Positions 21,756-32,097 of a DNA stretch of 64,000 bases are shown here, piece by piece (position 1 is the stretch's first letter; each line of letters starts with the position of its first letter). The translations under genes were made by a program, and so were the position numbers. The notes beneath the pieces are model-generated. The model worked only from the letters and a program-made list of their open reading frames with translations. It had not been told where the DNA came from and made no database searches. Where the stretch lies: contig OX337239.1 in assembly GCA_946965045.2 (NCBI GenBank), positions 2,418,001-2,482,000 on the forward strand. The letters are read 5' to 3'. Source of the DNA: Epithemia pelagica (taxonomy: Eukaryota > Protista > Bacillariophyta).

Positions 21756-24098
21756 TTACCTTGCCGCTGCGGAGGCGGTGCTCCCGGTTTCCACTGAAGA
21801 CGAGTATTCTTCACACACTGACCTTTCCATCACCCGACAGTTCCAAAAGTTGTAGTCGTATCCTCGGCATAACATCAAGGTACCATCCTGGAATGCTGCA
21901 CGGGTCCACCACAACGCGTCAGAAGCCGGCACTCCTTGAGAACCAGTTTTGTTGTCGGGCGGTGCGAATACCTTTCCCACACCAAACTCTGTATTTTCAT
22001 GCGCTGTTCCAGGCAAGGGCCAACATTCGTAATCCGTTCCATCACTCAATCTACCATGTCTTGCAATCACCACAGGTCCTGAAGCTTGTCCTGAATCTTC
22101 ATTGTCACGATGGTCCAACGACATTTCGGGACCATCCACATGTGTGTCGAGCTCCTTTCTCAACGTGGTTGACCACGAAAGCAGAACTTCGCAAACGGCT
22201 CGCATTCCACGTCCACTTTTCGATCCCTCACGACCGAGAGACACTGTTTCCTCTTCATTTTTGTCATTTGGCACAAAATGCTTGACATCTCCCGAATAGC
22301 TCGTGTCGGCCGACACAATCCAGTCTAGGTCAGCATCTGCTGTTGTTTCGTCATTATGGTCACTGTCAATGTCTTCAGACGACTCAAGTTCAACGCAAAT
22401 CACATTGGCCATGTCCCCTTGCGGCTGATGACCCGTACAGATAACTCGTAGACCAGGAGTCTTGACCAAAAACTCACGAATGAGACGTACGTACAAGTCA
22501 TTTTCCCTTCTCTTCTCGGGTTCTTCTTCACCATGCGATGCAAATCGATTGGGAAATCCACTTTCACTCCAACTGTTGTACACCACGGTCGGATTTCGAA
22601 CGCCGTCTGGTGTCCAGCCCATACCATATTGCATCAGCTTGGTCCATGATTCATGAGAATGCTGTGGATTGTGATAGCCTCCCTGATTGCTCCAGATTGA
22701 TTCCGGTTTGGGCGACGAGGAGGATGACGAATGTGTCGTTTGCCACTCTTCAATCGCACACTTCGCAAACGAGTCATTGAGATGGCGAATCCACTCCATG
22801 GTATTGGTAACCCCTACGCTTGCTGCCGTCACACCTGGTTCGAGAAACGGCATGACTTTGGTCAAATCATCCCAAAAGCTTCCGTTTCTGTTTCGGTCTT
22901 GTTGAAACTCCTCCATGAGTGGTACCGTCAATGGTAAGGCTCCATGAATAAAGAGTGCTGGTCCCAATCGGAGGGCTAACTGAGCATGGGACAAATACAA
23001 TCCCATTTCACCAGTCAGAGGATGACACGACGCACGATATGAATCCACCACGTCCATGTCTGATACTTGTTCACCATATGATGATGATTGTTGTGCATCT
23101 TGTTTTGCAAGGCGTAGTTCAGCGAGTTCTTGCCGTCGATATTCAAAGGCATCTGGACTTCCCATGGTTTCTCGCAACATCCATTGGAGTCGTTCCACGG
23201 GGTCATCATTGTCCGGGGACGATGGCTTGCCACCATTGATCGACGAACGAAATTTCCAATAGACACCCGGGTGAGGAATGGGAGCCTTGGCAGCTCCCAC
23301 TGTCGAGCCCAATTCTTCGACCATTCGCATCTTGTTCACATCGCGATTCCCCATGATCAAATGGACACGACTGGGATAGCGAATGCGCAAGGCCAACAAT
23401 TGTCGAATAACGTACAAATCAGATCCGCCCTTATCCCAAACATCTCCTCCATACACCAACATGGGGATAACAGTAGACTGCCCTCTGGTGTCGTTTTCTT
23501 CGACATTGACAAAGTCAATCCAGTGTTCGTAGGGAAAATCAAAAGGGAAGTCTGACTTGGTGGGATCAATTGGGACGAATCGTAAAATGCGAGAATTGTT
23601 GACGTAACGCGTCAAATAATCACGATCTCCTTCGACGTCGGTCAAATAAGATACTTGAAATGTACGAGAAGAGGGAGTACATCGGGCATCATCTTCACCA
23701 GGACGAGAAGGATCCTTGTCGCTTGATTGGTGGTTGATCTGACTGTAACGTCTTGTCATTACAGAGTCATGTCCTCCACCTCGTAAACTCTCCAAAGAAC
23801 TCGAGCGCCAACCAAAATTTGGAATTTTCCTCTTCCGTTGAAACCATGAGCGATTGACTAGCTTCCCCTGTGGTTTCCATGAAGAATGGATCATGGGAAT
23901 GGAACACAAGGACTGCCTCCCTCGATGGCGTAGGGTCATAAAGGCTGCTGTCGTGGAACGACATGGATGGACGGATTGTCGCATGCTTGTTGTGGCGGGA
24001 ACAATCAAAGACCATGACAACGCAGAACCGAAGCTACTACTCATCATCGAAGGAGACATTAGAACACAGCAGAAAACCAGGGCACAACACCAAAGCAT
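21756..24098 (-). CDS. Calcineurin-like metallophosphoesterase with a signal/targeting peptide
   Basis: TDVEGD, GGDVWDKG, MGNRDVNK, FIHGAL, TGHQPQG; hydrophobic N-terminus. Confidence 0.8.
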   Translation of the reverse strand: MLWCCALVFCCVLMSPSMMSSSFGSALSWSLIVPATTSMRQSVHPCRSTTAAFMTLRHRGRQSLCSIPMIHSSWKPQGKLVNRSWFQRKRKIPNFGWRSSSLESLRGGGHDSVMTRRYSQINHQSSDKDPSRPGEDDARCTPSSRTFQVSYLTDVEGDRDYLTRYVNNSRILRFVPIDPTKSDFPFDFPYEHWIDFVNVEENDTRGQSTVIPMLVYGGDVWDKGGSDLYVIRQLLALRIRYPSRVHLIMGNRDVNKMRMVEELGSTVGAAKAPIPHPGVYWKFRSSINGGKPSSPDNDDPVERLQWMLRETMGSPDAFEYRRQELAELRLAKQDAQQSSSYGEQVSDMDVVDSYRASCHPLTGEMGLYLSHAQLALRLGPALFIHGALPLTVPLMEEFQQDRNRNGSFWDDLTKVMPFLEPGVTAASVGVTNTMEWIRHLNDSFAKCAIEEWQTTHSSSSSSPKPESIWSNQGGYHNPQHSHESWTKLMQYGMGWTPDGVRNPTVVYNSWSESGFPNRFASHGEEEPEKRRENDLYVRLIREFLVKTPGLRVICTGHQPQGDMANVICVELESSEDIDSDHNDETTADADLDWIVSADTSYSGDVKHFVPNDKNEEETVSLGREGSKSGRGMRAVCEVLLSWSTTLRKELDTHVDGPEMSLDHRDNEDSGQASGPVVIARHGRLSDGTDYECWPLPGTAHENTEFGVGKVFAPPDNKTGSQGVPASDALWWTRAAFQDGTLMLCRGYDYNFWNCRVMERSVCEEYSSSVETGSTASAAAR

Positions 24099-24978
24099 AC
24101 TCGGCTTGTTTGGTTAGTATTCCTCAACTAAAGCTCTCTCGATTGTCGTCCGCCATCAACAATTCTGGTGGGCAAAATGCGAAATGAGTAAGAAACTTGT
24201 GAGCGAACCATCAGCGACTGAAAGTTCCCACAAGTACGTAGGTCTTGAATCACGAGTTGTCACGACTTCCAAACGTCTACAATGAGTAGCTACTACTCCT
24301 ACAACTCCTATCGACTCCTCAAGTAGAGTATCACGGGGGGAGGGAAAGTAACCGTCCACGGCCGAACCTATTTTTGAAAGTCAGTTGTCAATGGCCATTC
24401 ATTATCCGTATTTGTACGTACAACACAAGATGGGAATTTGATTGTCTGCGGTTGCCCTTCTCGTAGCAGAAGCTATTAACTAGGAGTATTATTATTTCCA
24501 ATCTCTACCAATGAACGATTCAACCCCCGAAACGGTCACTCCAAATACCCTTGTTGCATGCTTCATGTTGCCATTGTGAGGGTGGCACAGATTGCGTCCG
24601 CCCATGTGTATTTTCAGCTCAATTCCTCTTCTGTCCGGGAGAGATTGACATGTGATGTGATGTGTGTCGGAATCTCTGCAGAAGACAAGACAGCGTCGTG
24701 TGCGTATGCCACTTGATACTCCTAGCATGTCCAAAAGAGTTTTGTATCGTGAATCTCGACGGATACAAATGAGTAGAATCTGGAATCTGGCGCCCTTTCC
24801 ATCAAGAACTAGGACAAAAGACAAAAGACTGTTGTTTGTACTTGTTGTATTGTTCAGATGTCTTTGCTTCTTCTGTTACAAGTCTAATGGGTCTTCTGAT
24901 TGTCTACGTAAGCAAAACTTCAACTCTTGCAGACAATGATGTCATCCACTCGTTTTGGGCGACTCTTGTAAAATCTAT

Positions 24979-25091
24979 CAAGAAGCGCGACCGATATTGA
25001 GCGAATTTTAAGCGAATAGCTAACCCCATGAGGGGCAAACGGTCTAGGTCTCACTTGTAGAATTTTCCTCTATGAATGATGGCGTAATTTG
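24979..25091 (+). repeat. 5' LTR
   Basis: caagaagcgcgacc...gcgtaatttg; identical to 31101-31213. Confidence 0.92.
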
Positions 25092-25510
25092 GTTTATCAG
25101 ACCCACACGACTCTTTTATGAGCTTTACCTCAACCATGGCCTGGGAAGGTCGCGAAATATCTGGATCATTCGCTCCGAGAATGACCGCCCAAGGTTGGAT
25201 ACCTGTTCTCCCTTCCTCTACTACATATCTCACCTGCAACGGGGTTAGAGATAGAGGATGAGATATGTGGTCAGCTTTTGCGCGCATATCGGGCAATGAC
25301 GGACGCGTCACACATCTTGCCGTTGAAAGATGACAGCCATACGGACACTTTCGTTGCTTAAATGCTTAATGAAGTGCGCCGTCCTGGCACCATGCGAGCT
25401 CTCGACTTCAAATTCTACTTTTCCTCGCTCGCAACTGAAAGCGAGATTATCAGGTGAAGTATCTGCACACTTTCACCGGAAAGCCCAACTTCACTCGAAT
25501 AAGAACTACC

Positions 25511-26956
25511 ATGGCAGCGATTCCTCCAGCAAGCCCTCTTGACATCTTGAATGCCTACATGGATGTAGTGCTCCAAATCACCGATCAGGCAGCTCGTGAT
25601 GCCTTGAATGCTCAGGGACTACGAGCAATTAGTGACTTCGAAGCTCTGAGCGAAGATGATATCGCTGAAATTTGCTCAAATGCCAGGAAACCTGGTGGCA
25701 TGATTCCCAATCCTAATCCTCTTGGACCACCGTTGATTGCTAATCCTGGTATCATGATTGGTCATCTGGCTGAGAAACGCCTCAAGATGTTTCGTTACTT
25801 TGTTATCCATTTGAACAAGGTGAATCGGACCTTTGTCGGTACTGTTCCCAACTTGGCCGATCTACAAACACTCTATCAATTCAAAGAGAGTGAGACGGAA
25901 CATGACAACGAAATTCCCATGCCGGAGAAACTCACATCGATTGAGAATATCCGTGTTGTTCTGGAGGACCTTGATCATTATCTTGAGTCCAAGCGAGGTG
26001 TCACTGGCATTCCTTTGGCTGCGTACACTCGTAGCGATCCCAACGTTGCACCTGAAAATGAAGATCCGACTTTCGGTGCTCCAACTATCCTGGCGGAGAT
26101 GATCAGGCGGGCACCACATACAGGCCCTACCTATGCTACCGACAATCTTGCCGTGTGGGATGTTGTGAGACACATCACACATGATGGACCAGGATGGGGC
26201 TGGGTGCAACCATTTGCCCGCTCTCGCAATGGACGTGCTGCCTATCAAGCCTTGCGTACCCATTATCTTGGAGACGCTTTCCAATCTCGTCTCCGTGCCA
26301 AAGCAGATCAAACACTCGAAAGTGTGTATTACGACGGAGCAAAGCGCAATTTTACCTATGAACGATTCATAGAAACCCTGCAACGGGCATTTACTGACCT
26401 TGAGTCAACAGGCGAAGCTGTGAGTGAAGAGAGAAAAGTGCGCATCCTCCTCACAGGCATTGCAGATGCACGACTCGAGAGCGCAAAGAATCAAATTCTT
26501 GCAACCCCTACTCTCAGAGCAACGTTTGAAACCGCATCGAACTTCCTTGCAGAAGTGTTAGACAGCAAGGTCTCCTATAGCGCCTCCAATAGGAAGCAAG
26601 CCAGGATCTCTTCGATCCAATCCCAAAACAAAGGAAAGGGAAGGAACAATAATGGCCGTAACAATAAGAAGAATGAAGACAAAGAAAAGGAGGAATTAAC
26701 GGACCGCTACTATACTCCAAAGGAATGGTCAAAGTTGAGTGGGCCAGAACGCCAACGCGTTCGCGAAGTGCGTGAAGAACGCGATAAAAGGAGAGGAGTG
26801 GCATCCCTCACGAGTCAACCCCGAAAGAAGGCAAAGAAGGATGCACAGAATAATGACACTCCCGATGTCTCCGAAGAGTCCTCTGACGAAGCTAGCAGAG
26901 GCATTGGCGCAATCATGAGCCAGCGCAAGAAGAAACGAAACTCTGAAAGTTTGTGA
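25511..26956 (+). CDS. gag: Copia gag
   Basis: CoDi-like gag (GVTGIPLAAYTR, NGRAAYQALRTHYLG, FTYERFIETL..AFTDL); basic C-terminus with no CCHC knuckle; ATG at 25511 within an ORF opening at 25454. Confidence 0.85.
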   Translation: MAAIPPASPLDILNAYMDVVLQITDQAARDALNAQGLRAISDFEALSEDDIAEICSNARKPGGMIPNPNPLGPPLIANPGIMIGHLAEKRLKMFRYFVIHLNKVNRTFVGTVPNLADLQTLYQFKESETEHDNEIPMPEKLTSIENIRVVLEDLDHYLESKRGVTGIPLAAYTRSDPNVAPENEDPTFGAPTILAEMIRRAPHTGPTYATDNLAVWDVVRHITHDGPGWGWVQPFARSRNGRAAYQALRTHYLGDAFQSRLRAKADQTLESVYYDGAKRNFTYERFIETLQRAFTDLESTGEAVSEERKVRILLTGIADARLESAKNQILATPTLRATFETASNFLAEVLDSKVSYSASNRKQARISSIQSQNKGKGRNNNGRNNKKNEDKEKEELTDRYYTPKEWSKLSGPERQRVREVREERDKRRGVASLTSQPRKKAKKDAQNNDTPDVSEESSDEASRGIGAIMSQRKKKRNSESL

Positions 26957-26971
26957 CTATCGCTCCAGTCG

Positions 26972-29900
26972 ATGTCAATGACCAAGCCCAACGAAATTAC
27001 AGTTCCAACCTTCATGTGCGAGTTAGACTCACATGCCGACACATGTTGTCTTGGCCGAGGTTGTCACGTTCTGTATCAGACCGACACTGCCGATGTCAGT
27101 GGTTTCACGGAAACACTGGGAAAATTGAATGAGACCCCAGTCATCACGGGTGTCCTAGCCTACGATGACCCTGAGAGCGGAGCAACCTTCTTGCTCTACT
27201 TCCACCAAGCGCTGTACCTCCCTCAAATGGATCGTTGTCTTTTAAATCCCAATCAGATGAGAGAGGCCGGTGTTATGGTCAATGACGTCCCTTTGAAGTT
27301 TCTACCATCTACAGAACGAAACGAGAGGGCTCATGCGATCGTAGCTAAAGACTCTGAGGAAAAGGAACTTGTAATCCCAATGGACTTGCGTGGGATCATC
27401 AGTCAGTTCAAAGTAAGAAAGCCGACCGCACACGAGATCGAGAATATGGACTCGTGCTATCGGATCGATATGACCAACGCAACACCCGAATGGCGACCGA
27501 ATGACTCAGCAGCAGAATATGATGCTGATGAAAGAAAGCTTCGGGATGCGATTGTTCACGACACTATCGTAGAGAAACCTTCAAGGGATCTGCAAGTTGA
27601 CTCCCTTTATTCTGTGAGAAGAATCAATGGGCGCACCATCACCATTGCCAAGACCACGCATACTCGAAAGGGGACAGTGCAGCCACAAGATTTAGCCACA
27701 CGATGGAATATTGGACTCAAGACAGCGGAGCGCACCTTTGAAGAAACAACGCAGCTCGGAGTGCGTGACTTCAATGAACATGGTGGCTCTAAGCGTCTGA
27801 GACACACTGCCTACCAACTTCGGCACCGCCGTCTGCGGGCGGACGTATATACCGATACCTTATTTGCCGAAACAAAATCATTGGACCAACATACATGCGG
27901 TCAAATCTTTGCTACCGACTTTGGATGGGTGCATTTCGTCCCAATGCGCAAGCGAAGTGAAGCACCATCCACTCTGCCTCCTCTCTTTGACGAATATGGC
28001 ATCTTCAACCATATTGTCCCCGACAACGCCCCAGAGCTCACCTCTTTGGAGTTCAAGCGCGTTGCATCAAAGTACGGGTGTCGTCTCAAGCCAGTGGAAG
28101 CTTGGACCCCCAATCAAAACCTCGCCGAGGCTAATATACGCGAGTTGAAACGAATCTATCGGCGAGAGATGCGTCAAAGCAATGCACCAGCCGTGTTATG
28201 GGACCATTGCCTTATGCTAGTGGCAGAGAGAAGATCACATACGTCGCAAGCAAATGGGAATCCGCCTCCAATTCAAATCCTTACTGGCGATACTCCCGAT
28301 ATATCACACTTGATCGAACACAAATGGTACGATTTTGTATGGTACAGCAATCCCGGGTTTGAAGGACGAAAGCTTGGGAGATGGCTCGGCCCCAGCCATT
28401 CTGTCGGTCAGGCGATGTGTGCCAAAATACTGACGGAGAAGGGCAAGATCGTACATCGAACGTCCGTCTGGCCCATTACCAGGGCAATGCAAAACGACGA
28501 GGCCTTTCGAGAGCAACGGGAACAGTTCACATCGACTCTTGGAGAAGCACTTGGTGCGAGAATGGCAGGCATCCCTGCTGAAGACGACGATGAGCCCAAG
28601 GAGGCTGATACCCCTCTATATGAGCCATACGAGGACGATGAGCAAGCTGATGTCTCCATGCCAGAAGCTGATCATTATGCTCCGGATTCCTATGACAAAT
28701 TGATAAGCGCGAAAGTCATGCTCCCCTTAGGGGATGATAAGCGAAAGGGGACTGTCAAACGTCGGAAACGAGATGCCGACGGCAAAGTAATTGGTACAGC
28801 GTCGAGCAATCCGTTGCTTGATACAAGCCTGTACGAAGTGGAATTCGACGACGGACATACGCAAGCATATGCCGCCAACATTATTGCTGAAAGTATTTTT
28901 GAGCAACTAGACGAGGAAGGGAATCGATATCGCATAATCGACGACATTCTCGACCACAAGAAAGACGCCAGCGCAATCCCAATCTCCGATGGAGAATTTG
29001 TGCTGAACGGACGAACGCATAAAAAGAAGACAACGAGAGGATGGTTCCTCTGTATCCAATGGAAGGATGGGTCCACCAGCTGGGAACGGCTAAAGGACTT
29101 GAAGGAATCCTATCCACTGGAATTGGCCCAATACGCTGTCGCAAATAAGCTGGACAAGGAACCAGCCTTCAACTGGTGGGTACCTTTCACCATCAAGCGC
29201 AGTAAACGACTGATCAAGGCCGTCTCCAGTAGCAAACGGTACATGCGTACATGGCAGAAGTACGGAGTAGAGGTACCGAAGACTGTGGAACGGGCTCTTG
29301 AGATCGACAGAGAGACCGGAACAGATTATTGGAGGAAGGCCTTGCAACTGGAAATGTCCAAGATCTTTCCTTGTATGAAGATTCTTGAGGAAGGCTCTTC
29401 CACCCCCATTGGCTACCAAACTATCCCGTGCCATATCGTCTTTGACGTTAAAATGGACTTTACACGGAAGGCTCGGTATGTAGCTGGGGGACATAAGACG
29501 TCCGAACCAGAAGCTCCAACCTATGCAAGCGTTGTGAGCAGGGATAGTGTGCGTATTGGCTTCTTGATGGCAGCCTTGAATGGTCTTGACGTGCTAACCG
29601 CGGACATTGCCGGTGCCTACTTAAATGCACCATGTCTCGAGAAGGTCTGCACGGTTTGCGGATTGGAGTTCGGTCCAGAATACAAAGGTCGTATAGCCAT
29701 CATTACCAGGGCTCTTTATGGCTTAAAGACAAGTGCTTATGCATGGCGCGAGCTGTTATCAACGACATTACAGACAGATCTCGGATACAAGCCTTGCAGA
29801 GCTGATCCAGATGTCTATATCCGACCCTCCACCAAGGCTGATGGCATGCGATATTACGAAATGCTTTTTGTCTATACAGATGATATTTTGGTGGTGTCGC

Positions 29901-30952
29901 ATAAGCCGCAAGAGACGCTCACTATGCTGGATCATCACTACCTATTGAAGCCTGATTCCATTGGAATACCGAAGATCTATCTCGGTAATCAAGTCGAACA
30001 ATATGACATAAACAACGATGCGAGTCAACGGTGCTGGGCCCTTAGTTCGAACAAATATGCCAAGGCCGCTATCCAAAACGTATCAGACTGGTTGGAAGAA
30101 CGTGGGCGAAAGTTGAAGACACGAGTATCAACCGTTTTGCCAAGTGGCTATCGCCCAGAAATGGACGTAAGTCCGTATTGTGACGATGAACTCCTGTCCT
30201 TTTATCAACAACAACTTGGAGTATTACGCTGGTTGGTTGAATTGGGACGCATCGACATCACAACAGAAGTTTCGATGCTTGCTGCCTTTCTAGCAGGACC
30301 AAGAGAAGGACACGTGGAGGCAATGCTGCACCTCTTCGCGTACCTAAAATTTCACGATCGTTCTCGATTGGTATTGGACCCGTCGTACATTGAGCATGGG
30401 GATGAACCCATGGGGGATTGGACAGCATTCTACCCCAATGCGAAGGAAGAAGTTCCATTAGACGCACCAGAGCCATTGGGCAACCCTCTACAAATGACTT
30501 GCTTTGTTGACTCCGATCACGCCGGTGACTTATTAACGCGACGATCCAGAACTGGAATACTCATCTACCTAAATCGGTCACCCATATTGTGGTACAGCAA
30601 GAAGCAGACCAGTGTGGAGACTTCTACTTTTGGTTCTGAGTTCATGGCCCTCAAAGTGGGCATCGAAATGTTACGAGGTCTACGTTATAAACTACGAATG
30701 ATGGGAATACCACTCGATGGACACGCACATGTCCGTTGTGATAACATGTCAGTGGTTTCCAATAGCTCGAAGCCAGAATCAACATTGAAGAAGAAGTCGA
30801 ATGCAGTTGCATACCATTACGTTCGAGAAAATGTGGCAAATGGAGTGTGTCGTATTGCCTATGAGCCATCCAAAACTAATTTGGCTGATCTCTTGACGAA
30901 GGTCCAAACAGGACCGGAACGAACAAGACTTGCTGGAATGATCTTGTTTTGA
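26972..30952 (+). CDS. pol: Copia pol (protease, integrase, chromo-like segment, RT, RNase H)
   Basis: ELDSHADTCC (PR); YTDT / VPDNAPE / NLAEANIRELK (IN); KARYVAGGH, DIAGAYLNA, ALYGLK, YTDDIL (RT); FVDSDHAG, CDNMSVV, NLADLLTK (RH). Confidence 0.95.
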   Translation: MSMTKPNEITVPTFMCELDSHADTCCLGRGCHVLYQTDTADVSGFTETLGKLNETPVITGVLAYDDPESGATFLLYFHQALYLPQMDRCLLNPNQMREAGVMVNDVPLKFLPSTERNERAHAIVAKDSEEKELVIPMDLRGIISQFKVRKPTAHEIENMDSCYRIDMTNATPEWRPNDSAAEYDADERKLRDAIVHDTIVEKPSRDLQVDSLYSVRRINGRTITIAKTTHTRKGTVQPQDLATRWNIGLKTAERTFEETTQLGVRDFNEHGGSKRLRHTAYQLRHRRLRADVYTDTLFAETKSLDQHTCGQIFATDFGWVHFVPMRKRSEAPSTLPPLFDEYGIFNHIVPDNAPELTSLEFKRVASKYGCRLKPVEAWTPNQNLAEANIRELKRIYRREMRQSNAPAVLWDHCLMLVAERRSHTSQANGNPPPIQILTGDTPDISHLIEHKWYDFVWYSNPGFEGRKLGRWLGPSHSVGQAMCAKILTEKGKIVHRTSVWPITRAMQNDEAFREQREQFTSTLGEALGARMAGIPAEDDDEPKEADTPLYEPYEDDEQADVSMPEADHYAPDSYDKLISAKVMLPLGDDKRKGTVKRRKRDADGKVIGTASSNPLLDTSLYEVEFDDGHTQAYAANIIAESIFEQLDEEGNRYRIIDDILDHKKDASAIPISDGEFVLNGRTHKKKTTRGWFLCIQWKDGSTSWERLKDLKESYPLELAQYAVANKLDKEPAFNWWVPFTIKRSKRLIKAVSSSKRYMRTWQKYGVEVPKTVERALEIDRETGTDYWRKALQLEMSKIFPCMKILEEGSSTPIGYQTIPCHIVFDVKMDFTRKARYVAGGHKTSEPEAPTYASVVSRDSVRIGFLMAALNGLDVLTADIAGAYLNAPCLEKVCTVCGLEFGPEYKGRIAIITRALYGLKTSAYAWRELLSTTLQTDLGYKPCRADPDVYIRPSTKADGMRYYEMLFVYTDDILVVSHKPQETLTMLDHHYLLKPDSIGIPKIYLGNQVEQYDINNDASQRCWALSSNKYAKAAIQNVSDWLEERGRKLKTRVSTVLPSGYRPEMDVSPYCDDELLSFYQQQLGVLRWLVELGRIDITTEVSMLAAFLAGPREGHVEAMLHLFAYLKFHDRSRLVLDPSYIEHGDEPMGDWTAFYPNAKEEVPLDAPEPLGNPLQMTCFVDSDHAGDLLTRRSRTGILIYLNRSPILWYSKKQTSVETSTFGSEFMALKVGIEMLRGLRYKLRMMGIPLDGHAHVRCDNMSVVSNSSKPESTLKKKSNAVAYHYVRENVANGVCRIAYEPSKTNLADLLTKVQTGPERTRLAGMILF

Positions 30953-31100
30953 GTACGTTTCCCGCCGCCTGGAAAGGGTCAGGGTACGTCCTGCACTCAT
31001 ATGAGTCTCTAAAAGCAGGTCTATGTTGCACGAAGAAATGAGTGATAGAGGATGCACAATTCACTCGAAGACAATAGCGAACGAGAAATTGTGAGGGGAC

Positions 31101-31213
31101 CAAGAAGCGCGACCGATATTGAGCGAATTTTAAGCGAATAGCTAACCCCATGAGGGGCAAACGGTCTAGGTCTCACTTGTAGAATTTTCCTCTATGAATG
31201 ATGGCGTAATTTG
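31101..31213 (+). repeat. 3' LTR
   Basis: Identical to the 5' LTR; preceded by gtgaggggac and followed by ctat. Confidence 0.92.
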
Positions 31214-32097
31214 CTATGATTGTCTCTCTCTGATCTTTTTTTCTCATCCAACGCATCTCTTGTATTCTTTTTGTGAGAGTGTCCTCGAATGCGACCGTGA
31301 GAAAGGCGCGACCAGCGTGGTGGGGGAACTTGGGGAGTGACGAAGTGGTCCACGCAGGAACGTTGGCATCCGAAAGCTTGTTGGGAAGATGACTGACGTT
31401 GGGCAACGAGTGCACTGACAACGTCGAAAGACGGAACATGATTGGTCCAGGGCACCGAACGAGGGGAACCGTTGAATTGATCTTTTTCCCGCATTCGCCG
31501 TGTCTGTGGTACTCGATTGTTGGTGGAACGTTCTCGAGGTTCGAGCCCGAAGAGTTTGGGCCTGTTGTTGGGACGCCAAGAAGACGAACTGCCTCCTCCA
31601 AATGGAACGAACGAAGCGCGGAAAAACAATAGATTTTCCAGGATCACAGGAGATAAATGGGGTAAAAGATGCCAACATTGAGAAATTCTATAGTTTATTT
31701 CGAATCAATCGTAGTCTTTTACCCTCCTTTCGTCCTGATCCCGATAGATCGCGGTATTTGGGCACAACGCATCCAACAACGACTATTGTAGAGGTAGGAT
31801 TCGCACGTTCATAGCGCGACTACCGACACAACGAGAAAACGAGAAGCGGTTCGGTCGAGATCGAGATGGAGGAATGACTGGAGGTGCCATGAAAATTACT
31901 ACGAATAGACGAGAAGAAAAGGATTGATATACCAGGAATGGATTGGATAGTAGCAGTAGCGTTTTATTAGTCGTAACATGAATAGTGTTGTCATTCTCTA
32001 TGGTTTTTAGGTGGTAGTTGCACAATGAACTGGTATCATACAAACTCGCACATGCATTCAAAATGTGTACAGAAAGATATATATATCACACGTGGAA

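Larger units (their letters stand above)
24979..31213 (+). mobile_element. Full-length Ty1/copia LTR retrotransposon (CoDi-type)
   Basis: Identical 113-bp direct repeats at both ends, flanking CTAT/CTAT, gag plus pol in PR-IN-RT-RH order, purine tract before the 3' LTR. Confidence 0.95.

Noticed and set aside
24150-24900. Independent genes in the short ORFs between the phosphoesterase and the copia LTR
   Set aside because: Short, no recognisable motifs and no clear splice model.
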